DNA of 64,000 nt from Hormiphora californensis (Eukaryota > Animalia > Ctenophora), in assembly GCA_020137815.1 (NCBI GenBank), contig CM035360.1, positions 4,526,001 to 4,590,000 of the forward strand. Direction: 5' to 3'. The notes under the pieces were generated by a model. The model was not told where the DNA came from. It worked only from the letters and a program-made list of their open reading frames with translations, and ran no database searches. Every line of letters starts with the position of its first letter. The stretch's first letter is position 1. Positions 1-12,126 of this stretch are shown here, piece by piece. The translations under genes were made by a program, and so were the position numbers.

Positions 1-160
1 CTATATATAGCAACATAGCCTACTAGAAATTGAATGGTGTGATCATCTTTGTTCAGACGATCGATTTGGAAGGATACTGTATACACTTTCTGTCACCCAG
101 TAGCAATCCACCTTCCCAGGGTATTGGTTTGAATTGCAGTATCTGATACTACCAGGTACA

Positions 161-3100
161 ATGGAAACATGCATCCTAGCACTCCTTCTGGTAGGAGTAA
201 ACTCCAAGATCCAAGAGACCTCTTCAACCCCTTTTAACGGGTCAACTACTACCCAGATTCACGAGACGGCCGGCCATACCTCTTCAGCCCATACCTCTTC
301 AGTCCATGTCAAATGGTCTAGTACAGGAACGGTGACTCAAGTGAGTCCGCACTATTCCTCATACTCTTCCCATTCTACTATACGCAGTTATAGGATCGTC
401 TGTAAAACTGTGACAATCTATGGGTTTCTCAAGCGTTTCTGTGCCGATCTGTATAGAGGAGGGCGATGGGGGGAAGAGGAGACCCTAGACCACATCCCCG
501 ACCGGCTGACAAGTTCCAAACAGCTAGAGGTATACCGTGTGCTAGACCGTGTGCTACTTTTTCAGTGTGCAACGTCCTCCGAATACTACATATGGGAGAA
601 TAGTTACTTCCCGAGGCTGGTGGTTTAGAAAGGAGATCCGGATGTCTAATATGTGTCCGGATGATCCTGGAGCTTACCAGGTATGTGGTGTTGTACCAGA
701 TATAGGGATATACAAAGTGGTCGAGAATTCCCTGGCACTATGCGGAGCCCGTGTCTGTATCGATACGGAGGATATAGAAGAATATGGATACGGTCTATGT
801 CAGGTTGATGGAACCAGTGAAGCCAGTGAAGCCAGTGAAACCAGTGAAACCAGTGAAGCTTGTGATCAGAAGTGCTCTAAGTATGCTTGCGATGATGAGG
901 CGATGTGCAATGGAGTGAGCTATGGGATATTCTGTTATTCTTCTAAAAGAGGAAACGATGTCATATATATCAACCCTTACGAGGTTTGTGTTTATACTAT
1001 TGTTTCGAGGTCGTTTAGGCCAGGCACCCGCCATGCAGTGCAAGTGTTCGGTAATATAATTAGCCAAAACTGAAACAAATAATTCTTTAGATGTGCAGCA
1101 AGTACGGTCCTTTTTGTGATAATGGTGAGGATATAAGAGATTGTTTTGTGGAAGAGGGAACACTTGGCTCATGTATCAAATGGGACAAGTGAGTATAATT
1201 AGGGAATACCCAGTCAGTTACCACGCCGTTCATTAATACTGACATTAACAATATGCATAGGGTCAACTTGGGTTGTGTTGAGTCTCCTTGGTGTGGGGAC
1301 CCCTGGGCGTGGTTTAGATTTTGGACTGCCCAACTAGTTTGGGCGGAACGTGACCCGCTAATCCGACTAATCGCAGTGCTTACAACGTGCGTGTCTGCAC
1401 ATACAGAGGGTCGCGTTGTAAGCACTGCGATTAGTGAGTCAAGTTTGAGCGAGACGCAGTACGTGCACCCGGAATAGTGGATTTGGGCGGGTCACGTTCC
1501 GCCCAAACTAGTCGGGCAGTCCAAAATGTAAACCATACCCAGTGGTCCCCACACCAAGGAGACTCAACACAACCCAAGTTGACCCTGTGCACTGACCCTT
1601 TAACAACATATTTTCAGCTATATGAAATCATCCATCATGGTACGCGACGAACAGAGGTGTTCTATACCCCGTACTACTGCATCGTGAGTATCCGTATTGT
1701 GCAGGTCTACCGTATATATTCCCACTACAAGTAGCATTGTAAGTGGTGGTTGTTATTTGTCATCGTCCACGATTAATTAAAAAAAGTGAAAATGCCCAGA
1801 GAGTTATGCTCTACTACCTATATCAAGCTTGTACAGGTCTGGTCCACTCTCACTTTAATACCTATACTGCCTACAGGATTACCATGAATATTGGTTCGAA
1901 CACTTTGTGCTATGAACCTAGGGGCCTCGAGCAAACGAACTGTACCGACTTCACCCGACTGCTAATATTGGGATGTACCCTAGAGGGGTACCCCACTAAC
2001 ATCTCCATCTACGGGACGTGTAAAAACTACCCCCTCTGTGATGACAACTACAACAACCTCTGCAAGGAGGTGGATAGTGGATGCAATTTGCACAAAGGAC
2101 AACTCTGTGATGGCACAAACGACTGCTCCTCAGGAGCTGATGAAGCCAAATGCCAAACGACTCAACACTTTATTTGTGAGAGGAGGTTCCACACAGTGTA
2201 CTCAGAGAGACGACCTCTGGCGCTCCCTATTACCTGGGTTATGGATGGGATTGTGGACTGCCTAGACAGTAGGGATGAAGACGAGGGGAACTGGTTAATC
2301 TGTGGAAAGGGCAGCATGAAAAGATACGATGAGCTGACAGAGGACAACTACTGTCAAGAGGTCCTGAAATGCGATGGGGGTGAGTACATCAGAATGGGAG
2401 AGCTATGTGATAGGGTCAACACTTGTCCCTTTGAGAACAGGCTATGTAGCGCTGTTATTGGAACCATGTATGGTAGCAACTACGAGGTGGCAGTACACAG
2501 TGAGAATCTCTGGATGGAGCACTGCTTCCCACACCGTGTGCCAGATTTGGAACAACAGCTGGGACATTGTGGAATGGTGGAGCACACTGCAGGACTGGTG
2601 AAATCTGTGTTTGATGACGATGCACAAAGCCCAATTATGGTGACTTTGCCCACATTCCAGACAAGAGATTGTTCCTATATGTACGGGGAAAGCTACGTGT
2701 ATGCGGCCTGCAATGGCCGATGTAGGGAAATGACGTGTCCGTTAGACAGATTTACCCGAAAGACCTGTAACAATTTCCTGAGAGACAGGGTATTCGCTCT
2801 CGCTGCTACACACTCGCCTGACCTAGTTCCTATGTTGATGGAGCCACAACAGTTTTGGGAGATACGAGAAGCGGCTATTTCCCTGCCAGAATCAGAATTG
2901 TGTTATGTACCGGGATGTGTGCAACCTTCGTGATGACTGCGGGGATGGTTCTGATGAGCGGGAATGCGGTAACCAATACACCTGTGGCAGTAGTAGTGTT
3001 CATGTTATCCCTCTATACTCGGTGTGCGATGGGAGGGTGGACTGTCACGACTTCTCAGATGAATGCCAGGCCCATTGTCCTGCGTCTAACATGAATATTT

Positions 3101-4830
3101 ATGCTAATAACTTCCTCCGGGGTTCCAGCTATACCATTGGAGGCGTGGCCACCATACTGAATTTCATAACCTTTGTTAGAACGATCTTGGATCTACGGAG
3201 AAACAACAAGTTTGAAACGTTAATGAACAAGGCAACCATATTGTTGGTTTGTGTCGGTGACTTCTGCATTAGCTTGTACCTTGTCGGAATATCGGTAGCA
3301 GATCACATTTACAGAAAAAAAGAAGATTACTGCCAGGAACGGTTCCTCTGGCTAACTTCCAGGTTCTGTTCTGGACTGGGAATTCTTGGCACATTCGGCT
3401 CTCAGTTGTCCCTCTTTGCTATAACCAATCTGAGTTTTATCAGACTTTTTAACGCCCAAAGGATGGTGAAGAGAGGGCTAAAATCTGTTAAATCAATTTC
3501 AAAATTGGTAATCATGATAACAACTCCAATAACTTTTAGCATCATAGTCGCAGTTACACCCGATCTTGACGATCTTCGAAGATTACTTTGTCAATGGACT
3601 TTACTATGACAAATCGCCATCTGTTTGTTGGTCCCCATTGACAAGGAGGGGTTCTATGCAGCTTTCAATGCCCGGTTCCCCGGAACTGCTACCAAGTCAA
3701 CCTGGAGAGTTATTCGATCATTGGTGGAGGACATGTTTACATCTGATCACGGAGGTAACACCAAACTCTATACAGGACATGAGTGTCCTGTGTATTTTTA
3801 TACTTTTAATCTTTCCTCATCATCTTACTATCAAGTTTAAATATTTTCAACTCTAACTCTTTTTCAGGTGTTCCCCACAAGACCATTGGATTCTATGGGA
3901 ATGGCGGAACCTGTGTATTCAAGTATTTGGTAACTCGAGATGATCCACAATGGATCTTTTCTACATCGATTGTTACAATCAACTTCCTCTGCTTCATCTT
4001 CGTGGCCGTCAGCTACGTGATCCTTGCAATAAGAACAGGGAGATCTGCTCGAGAAGCACGTAACCCTCAGGCTGCAAAAAGACAGCTGACGCTGCAACGA
4101 AAAGTTACTGCTATTATCGTAACCGACTTTATCTGTTGGGTACCTCTCTCTGTTGTGTCCTTCCTACATTTGGGAGAAGTCATCCAGGCTACGTCGTGGT
4201 ATGCATACTTCTCAATCTTGATCATACCAATTAACTCTGTGATTAATCCTCTCTTTTACGACTCCCTTATTTTTAAATACCTGGTCCAAAAACCGATAGA
4301 TATGGCAAATCTGGATCTTAAAAAAGCGATCTTCAAGACTGTTGGAGGCTCTTCGTTCGCTGGATTGGAGGAAGAACAAGGTGGAGCCACAAACAGCTCA
4401 AAGCCCGGAAACAGTTCAACGTCCAGAAACAGCTCAAAGCCCGGAAACAGCTCAAAGCCCGGAAACAGTTCAAAGCCCAGAAACAGCTCAAAGCCCAGAA
4501 ACAGCTCAACGTCCAGAAACACCAGAAGCTGAAGAGACTCCAGAGGAAGATAATGATCAAAAACAAGACCAGAAAGATGATCTGAATGTCCAGCAAGCAG
4601 ATATAACATCGGTTAACATAAATGAAGAAATCATTGAAAGTTTCGAAAAGAACGAAAGAAAGCAGCAGCCACTAACAGCTCAAAGCCCAGAAATACCAGA
4701 AGAGTTGCCAGAGGAAGATCGACAACAATACCAGGAAGAGGATCTGAATGTCCAGGAACCAGAGATATTGGTTGATCATCAACTTGATGAGAGCGATTCT
4801 GGTGACGAAATCATTGAAAGTTTGAACTGA
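161..4830 (+). CDS. LDLa-repeat rhodopsin-class GPCR (GRL101/RXFP-like 7TM, no LRR), frame-disrupted in this sequence
   Basis: Signal peptide METCILALLLVG. LDLa motifs CDGTNDCSSGADE, MDGIVDCLDSRDE, CNLRDDCGDGSDE, CDGRVDCHDFSDEC. 7TM with FYGNGGTCVFKY, TDFICWVP and NSVINPLFY. Phase-consistent introns 984-1090, 1189-1617, 1684-1876, 3755-3868. Frame is restored by removing single extra bases at about 625, 2840, 3558, 3620, 3635 and 4380. Confidence 0.85.
1254..1591. mobile_element. MITE with ~110-bp terminal inverted repeats, in a GPCR intron
   Basis: 1254-1365 (tgcatagggtcaacttgggttgtgttgagtctcc...) is the reverse complement of 1479-1591, around a ~110-bp spacer. Confidence 0.85.
4390..4525 (+). 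repeat. 18-bp coding tandem repeat (PETAQS)n in the GPCR C-terminal tail
   Basis: About 7 copies of aaacagctcaaagcccgg and variants. Confidence 0.9.
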
Positions 4831-5576
4831 CACAGAAAAGTGGAATTGGAGATGACTTTGCACAAGGTGAAACCACTGAAACTGCCTTTACAGACTAGGA
4901 AAAAGCGGATGTAAGACTGTATTGTAGGACTGTAATATATTAGCAGGGGTGTCTTTCTGGCATACACACACCAGGATTGATACCAAAGAAAGAACTCCTT
5001 GCCAAGCTATAGCCGATATATTCTTCTTCTTCTATGAGTGTCGGGTGTGAGACCCTAAAGAACTATCGCGACTTTCGTTATTGCGATCGATATAATATGG
5101 AATTGGTGATGCCACACCTTCTTCATGTGCTTCGTTTTCCGAGCTTTGTTACTGTAGGACTGTGTCATCAACGGATACAGAGAAATGACAAAAAAAAACA
5201 TTAAAAAAGAACTATCATAATCTTGTTGTACGCTTTCTGTCGTTGTTTTTTAATGTATGATTGATTATATTGTGCAAACTGAGCGTTTTCCTAGACTCTC
5301 ACACCATTTGATCTACCTGCATTCTTTCCCCTCGACCTTTTTAATGCAACCAAGATCAAGTCTTGATCTTATCAGGACCGAAGATATGACCGAAATAATA
5401 TAGCACGCACAAATGCACACCCCGGTTCGCATTATTAAAAAAGGCACACTTTATGTGTTGGGAGGAAGGAATAAATTATCGCCTTTATTTATTCATTTTC
5501 GGTAGAGTATTAAATTTGAGGGTATCAAATAACAAGACACTGCATGATCGCTCTCACATTGACTCTCTAATTCATT

Positions 5577-6155
5577 ATGTCCACGTTCAGTTTTGTAACA
5601 TCAGTTTTCTTCATCGTGATCTTGACCTGTTCCGTGCTGTCAGGTGAGTTGCCGAGTTCGGTCCACTAATTACCTATCAGACACTTACTAGCTCATATTA
5701 TTATATTATGGGATAGCAAGCTGCAAGTGTTGTTGATCAGCGGTGCTGGTATCATTAAGCGTAGGGTCCCCAAACGGGGTTCAAGCCAATGGCAACCGCT
5801 CGAATCAAATTAAAATCAAGTGTTTGTTAGGCCATATATTCACTCGATTCTCTTCCCCCTCCGATTCTCTTCCCCCTTTATTATTTAGAGACTTGCGACC
5901 CTATCTTTAGAGACCTGTGACTCTGGTTCCCATCCCCGCTCCTGCCACTGCCTTGGTGTAGCTGTAAGTGAGATGAAATGCTTGGAAAAGGTGGACTACA
6001 TTGCTCTATCCAAGCTTACTAAACACGACTGTCGCTACTGCAAATCTAGGACGAGCATCATGGGGTGCCGGTGTATGCAGGAAATGTGTTCAATCAGGTA
6101 TTTGGGTATTTGGAACTGGCATTTTGCCATGAGTTTGTTATTTAGGCCCGGCTAA
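5577..6155 (+). CDS. Small secreted cysteine-rich peptide (2-exon model)
   Basis: Exon 5577-5643 MSTFSFVTSVFFIVILTCSVLS ends G|gtgagt (phase 1). Acceptor tttag|5911 continues in frame as ETCDSGSHPRSCHCLG...KC...CRYC...CRC...MC. The 3' end is uncertain (possible donor after 6097). Confidence 0.5.
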
Positions 6156-6847
6156 GTATTCAGAAATGAGTTGGATGTAAGCCGTAAGGCCGAGGGGTTA
6201 TCTCCAGGGGCTGGGGTACACAGAACTACCCTCTATCTCCCCTTGTCTCATATGAGACCCTCCTCTCCGCACCGGGCCGAAGGCCCGGTGCGGCTACGCG
6301 AGGCCGCGTAGCGGCCTCGCATAGCGGTGTACAGTCAGTGTAGGACAAATCTCCCCTTGGGTATGATATCCCCTCATTTCTCTCCCTCCTGCGCTGTCCT
6401 CTCTCACGATGTCGCGTGAACTACGTTTAGTTAGCAAAAAGAGAGGGGAAATCGTACCGAACCTCTTCCCTCACATACAAGAGGGAGGAAGTGTGTGACA
6501 CTCTTTCCTAACCCCCTCCTACGACCCATTCCTCTCCAGAGGCCGATGTGGAACTCTCTGGAAGACACTACTATCCGTCTCCTACTTTGAGCACACTATG
6601 GCGTGGATTGAAAAGTGTGGTCTAGCGGGGTCAGATCCAACTGCTGCGGTGTGCCGGTATAATGAACTGTGAAAATATACCGGTAAAAAACTTTGTTATC
6701 GAACAGAGTGAACTGACTTGATAATATATTCTGTACCGATTGAATAGTCCGAGATACCGAGATGGTCAAATATAAATGTTTGAAACGTTCTATGCTATGG
6801 TTGGTGATGTCATAACCAATTTTGCATTATAAAAAGATCAATCTTAC

Positions 6848-7500
6848 CTGAACAAGAAATGTTTTACCTAAGAAATGTTTTACCTAAGAAATGTTTTACC
6901 TAAGAAATGTTTTACCTAAGAAATGTTTTACCTAAGAAATGTTTTACCTAAGAAATGTTTTACCTAAGAAATGTTTTACCTAAGAAATGTTTTACCTAAG
7001 AAATGTTTTACCTAAGAAATGTTTTACTAATCCATCCAATACTTCATGGGGGAAGAGTCCATCGACAACCCACAGGTGGTTTTCCAGGTCCAATGAAAAT
7101 AGAGGGGCGGATGGGAGGTTAGGTAGTGGGTGGTTGAAATCTGATTTCATCTCCTGATCAATTAATGTTAAATTACTTTTAATTACTTGAAAAACAAAAT
7201 GATTCATTCGAAGTTTCCTTACATTAGTATTTGTGAGACAACTTTCTACGAGGTCTCCTCGATCACACTGTCCCCGGCCAGCTAGACCATCTCTCTCTTT
7301 CTTTATCTCTCCCTAGACCTATACCTGGAAGGGGAAGGGTGGCTGCCTTTTGTTCACCGATCCATAATCAGGTCTCCACTCTCCATTCTCCCCAAACACC
7401 ACCTCCAGGAAGATGAGTCCAACTTGGGTACGAACTGCGGGGTACTGCCACTGGTGCCACAGACTGCACGGAAATGAAACCTGGAGAGAGATAGATAGAG

Positions 7501-7577
<77 letters not shown>

Positions 7578-8394
7578 ACACATACCAGTGAATACAGTGA
7601 GGTATGGATGGTAGCAACAACATCCCCATGCGAGAAAAACAGGAGTTCCCCGTAATCGTTCTTGTCAGAGGGTCGGGACAGGATCAAAATGGCCGTGGTG
7701 CCCACCTGTCCTTCCTCTGGGTCACAGTGCCGGGATATCCGGACCCGGTCACCTCTTCTCACCATTCTCACTAAAACAGTTGGACACTTTAGGTTGCTGT
7801 CTGGCGCCCAGATTAGGCTTTGAGAATTAGAAACGGGGTCTTATTGTTCCATTTCAGCTACAAAAATTATGACCAAAAGTTTCTAGGTATCCCATATATT
7901 ACCTGTGGGCTGTGGCTCGTCTACAAGACCATTAATTTCATATTTATATTGTAACTTACTTTTTGCTCTCTGGTAGGGTAATTTGTGATTCAGGCGGATT
8001 GTATCCCGTATCTTTGTTACCAGAGGACTGTCAATGGCCTGGTTAAAGTCCACCTCCCAAGGTATACCATCCGTACTGTTTATATTGTACCTGGAATTAG
8101 ATATGAGGGGTAGTGGTTGATGAGGTGAATGTAGAATGGGTAGGGAAATTTGAAAAATTGGACAGGGATAAGGAATAAAATTGAAGAAACCGCAAAAATA
8201 AAAATATTGGGTAATCAATTTAAAACTCCTAATTACCTCCATTTCAATCCTTCCCGGGTAATAAATCCCAGTGTATCGAACTTTCCCCAGTCCCGATAGT
8301 AGCTGATTGGACCATGGGGTGTTGCTATCTTTCTAACTGGGGTAGTAGATCCTCCAGAACAGAATAGGAGGGTGAGTACTAGGATTGGGAACAT
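6848..8394 (-). CDS. Secreted 2OG-Fe(II) oxygenase-like protein (probably tandem domains; 3' exons unresolved)
   Basis: Signal peptide MFPILVLTLLFCSG at 8394. Later exons encode DGIPW, RHCD (HxD), TAILIL..DKNDYGELLFF..SLVSFPCSLWH (distal His), then a second-domain start LWVVDGLF. Introns are GT-AG. Confidence 0.65.
6854..7028. repeat. 16-bp tandem repeat (aagaaatgttttacct) x ~11 at an exon end
   Basis: 10 perfect copies plus 1 partial copy; each reads AG|GTAAAA on the minus strand. Confidence 0.97.
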
Positions 8395-8934
8395 GGTGGG
8401 AGGAGCTGTCTGATTGACCCTGTCTCACAAGGTAACTGTCTGATTGTGGATCAGCTGAAGGCAGACAGAACAACTGTCTGATTGAGGAGCGGCAGAGGAA
8501 TGTGGGGCAGACTTCTGAGGGTGGATGAGGTGGATGAGAACGGTTAAGAACTTCAACTACTGCATATCAACTCCTCGTATCATTTCTTCGAGTTGATCCA
8601 TTCTAGACTGAACGAGATAATGGGGTGTTTAGATATAATAGCAATGAAATCACCGAAATCAAACTTCAAAGTACAAAAGTTAAAAACGCATAACGTACAA
8701 AAGTTCAAAACAAATATCTAAACTTGAAGTGATAGATCAAAACTTTAGGACACAATTGTGTTTAATTACTGTGGGCTCTATAATTCATACTCCGCGTGCA
8801 GTTGTACTCTTCCTCGCAGCTGTGAAGACAATAAATACCAAACAATATCATCTGATATATTACAATTCACGGTCAGCTCTGACAGGCAGCTGAGAGAGGG
8901 ACGAACATGGCAGATATCTGAATGGGAGCTTGTT

Positions 8935-11328
8935 TCACGTGTCTTTGTTCCTGTCCATGAGTTGAATGAATTCCTTTATCTTGTGACCGTCATACTCTTC
9001 ATTAAATGACTTCTAGAGGGGTTAAGGGTACACCTGGCGTTTTTCATCATCGAGTGCCCAACCAAATGACTTCACCAGGGTTTAGGTCATACAAAATGGA
9101 CCTCAAATATGCAATTTTAGCCCTAAAGTCGAATTCATATTTTTGCTACAGCCTATTTTCAAAGTGGCGTTTTTTCAATTTTTGTTGAAATTTTTAACCT
9201 CAGGACCACTTTTTTTGAGATAGAAACATTAAATTCTCGGAATGTGAAGAGAATATAAAGGTGAATAAGCCCAAAGAAGGATTTTTAAAATGGAGCTTAT
9301 TTCTGGCCATGAGAACGGTTTACTTTTTTGCGTCTTTGACACGCTGGCTGAGAATGTTCCCATGCTTCATTAGAGATGAAAATCTGGAAATAGTTGCTCA
9401 AAACGATTATCTATGTGGCCCAAAAATTTTGGAACTTTCCCGTTAAAGATGTGGTGTACAGAGCTTGTTTTGTGAAACCCGTCTTTTTGAAAAAGAGGGA
9501 AATTCCCTGTATCTCAAAAACGGATGATTGTAGAAACCTGCGACCAAGCTTAATCGATTCAGAAGGTCCGATTTTGGGGGGGGTCTTCTGAGGGACATTT
9601 TGCTCCCACTCCAACCGTTTTTGCTGTAATTGCAAAAAACCAATTCTATGAAAAGGGGGAACAACTCTATTCCAGTAGCCTGCTTCGGGCTGATTTCCCC
9701 CTTACTTGCTGATACCTTTTTCGCAATTACAGCAAAAACGGTTGGAGTAGGAGCAAAATGTCTCTCAGAAGACCCCCCCAAAATCGGACCTTCTGAATCG
9801 ATTAAGCTTGGTCCCGGGTCTCTACGATCATCCGTTTTTGAGATACAGGGAATTTCCCTCTTTTTCAAAAAGACAGGTTTCACAAAACAAGCTCTGTACA
9901 CCACATCTTTGACGGGAAAGTTCCAAAATTTTTGGGCCACATAGATAATCGTTTTGAGCAACTATTTCCAGATTTTCATCTCTAATGAAGCATGGGAACA
10001 TTCTCAGCCAGCGTGTCAAAGACGCAAAAAAGTAAACCGTTCTCATGGCCAGAAATAAGCTCCATTTTAAAAATCCTTCTTTGGGCTTATTCACCTTTAT
10101 ATTCTCTTCACATTCCGAGAATTTAATGTTTCTATCTCAAAAAAAGTGGTCCTGAGGTTAAAAATTTCAACAAAAATTGAAAAAACGCCACTTTGAAAAT
10201 AGGCTGTAGCAAAAATATGAATTCGACTTTAGGGCTAAAATTGCATATTTGAGGTCCATTTTGTATGACCTAAACCCTGGTGAAGTCATTTGGTTGGGCA
10301 CTCGATGATGAAAAACGCCAGGTGTACCCTTAAAGGGGTTGGGGGTTAATATTTTGGGGGATTTGGGCATACATGAGACACCTATAATACCTGATACTGA
10401 TATAGTATTAGTAAACGTGTCGTCATGGCAACATAATAGTTCAACCTCATCTCAAGAGATTAAGTGGATACTCAACGGCAGTTTCACATGACATGAACTT
10501 GATTTCATTCTGTCTGGCGCCGCCGACCCTTGGGCACGTCACGCCCCTCTATTCGCGCGACCGTAGGGCGATCCCCTAACACAACCCCTACGGGGTTGGC
10601 CGCCACGCGGCCAACGCTGACCCTATCTGAGCGCCGCCAGACAGATTTCCTCTTACCATAGCTTCATTCCTACAGAGGGCGTAGTAGCCTGCCTTGGCAA
10701 TACACATGGGGTAGAACCTGTCCTTGAAGCATTGAACCATCTCCTGCAGCTCGTACTGGCACTCAGTACTGACACTAAAATAGAGGGGGGTGGTTGGGTC
10801 ATTGACTGACGCCACCGACCCGATCTGAGCAGCTCAGAGAGTGCACTGATTTTGGCCGGCAGACGCCGTTTTGGTTCTCGAAGTCGACAGTGCCCTCAGA
10901 TCTTGTCTCAATAACTCAGATCGGGGACCTGACAGCTGATTATAGAATCAAAAACTTTTTGAAAAAGGGGTCTGATCGAGAACTGCAGTGGCCAGACATC
11001 GCGCTGACAGGTCTAACATCTAACTCTACAACGGCACGGAGCGGTCAGAGCATTGGGCTAGTTCTATTATCATTTCTTCAAATAGAGAACTGGGGGGCCA
11101 GAGGACTGCGGTCAGAGTATTAGCAGCACCGCGGAGTGAAGCCTACTGAACTTACAAAGTTTTCGCCCACCCCTCCTTCTCCTCCTTATAATGTTCCGAT
11201 TGGAGATGTGTCTTTATCTTGGCCATATCCGCCATATTCGCACGGTTAACAGTGGCTTCAGTCTCCGTGTCTTCCTCCATCAGTCTCCTGAGTATCTCCT
11301 TCTCAGTTTCTTCTTTTTTATTCTCCAT
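8935..11328 (-). CDS. Twin CX9C (CHCH) protein, ~122 aa, probably mitochondrial intermembrane space
   Basis: Exons 11328-11156, 10774-10657 and 9012-8935 join in phase. A charged helical N-terminus is followed by CQYELQEMVQC-x8-CIAKAGYYALC. Confidence 0.7.
9026..10329. mobile_element. Non-autonomous fold-back DNA transposon, TTAA TSD (Kolobok-like)
   Basis: TTAA|GGGTACACCTGGCG...CGCCAGGTGTACCC|TTAA, with ~610-bp nearly identical inverted arms and a ~90-bp spacer. Purine-purine termini with TTAA fit Kolobok better than piggyBac (CCY). Confidence 0.9.
10510..10644. mobile_element. Tiny MITE, CTGTCTGGCG-TIR family
   Basis: att|ctgtctggcgccgc...gcgccgccagacag|att. Relatives at ~10805-10935, 48600-48639, 52142-52219 and 53782-53880. 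Confidence 0.7.
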
Positions 11329-11465
11329 TTTATGTCTCTAGAATGGGGATAATGTATAGATTTTCTCATGCGGTTGATAGTATGTGCACCTGCCTTTTGT
11401 TGTTTGACACAGCAATGAGAGAGGGAGAGGGAGAGTGAGATAGAGAGAAAAGGAGGGTAAGACAA

Positions 11466-11534
<69 letters not shown>

Positions 11535-12126
11535 CCAGGTGTAACTGTAACATTACTCGTAGGCAGGTGCACTATATCTCGCTCGATGGACACAAAATAA
11601 AAACAGCGAAATTTTACTGAAAGTGAATCAAATTGGTAATCACATAGTTCACAAACAGTATAATCAAGGGGGGTATTTATGCAATGGAGTATAATATCAG
11701 GGGGTGTGCCTCGCTTATCTCGCATATCCCTCGCGGGCCTCGCTGAGGAGGGATTCCGGCAGGATGTCAATTGTAAAAAAGGGTTCATTTACCACCAGTC
11801 AAACACACGATAAAAATAGGTGGGAGGGGAATAAAGGATGCCAAATAGTTGGCTATGAGAGAGGACCTTCGACTTCATACAAAAAGAGGATCAAATTGTT
11901 ACAATATCATTTTTGTGGATTTCTTGCCAAGAATCTTGGCATGCAAAACTCTCGGGAACACGTCTCCAATATATATCATATCACCAATGTTGTATTGGCA
12001 AGTAAATTTACAAAATATTGTATACACACAACTTGGATATAACACACAAAACACATGAAGATCATATATTGTGTAACTCCCCTTTTGTTAAACAATACCA
12101 ATTCTGAACTGTATTCCATTCTTTAA

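Noticed and set aside
6854-7028. CRISPR-like repeat array
   Set aside because: No spacers; simple tandem repeat in a eukaryote.
6848-8394. FYY-type IPNS-like oxidase proposed for coelenterazine synthesis
   Set aside because: It has a signal peptide and different motif spacing, and no FYY C-terminus is visible.
9006-10370. Mirror-image ORF pairs
   Set aside because: Produced by the inverted arms of a non-coding element; no transposase motifs.
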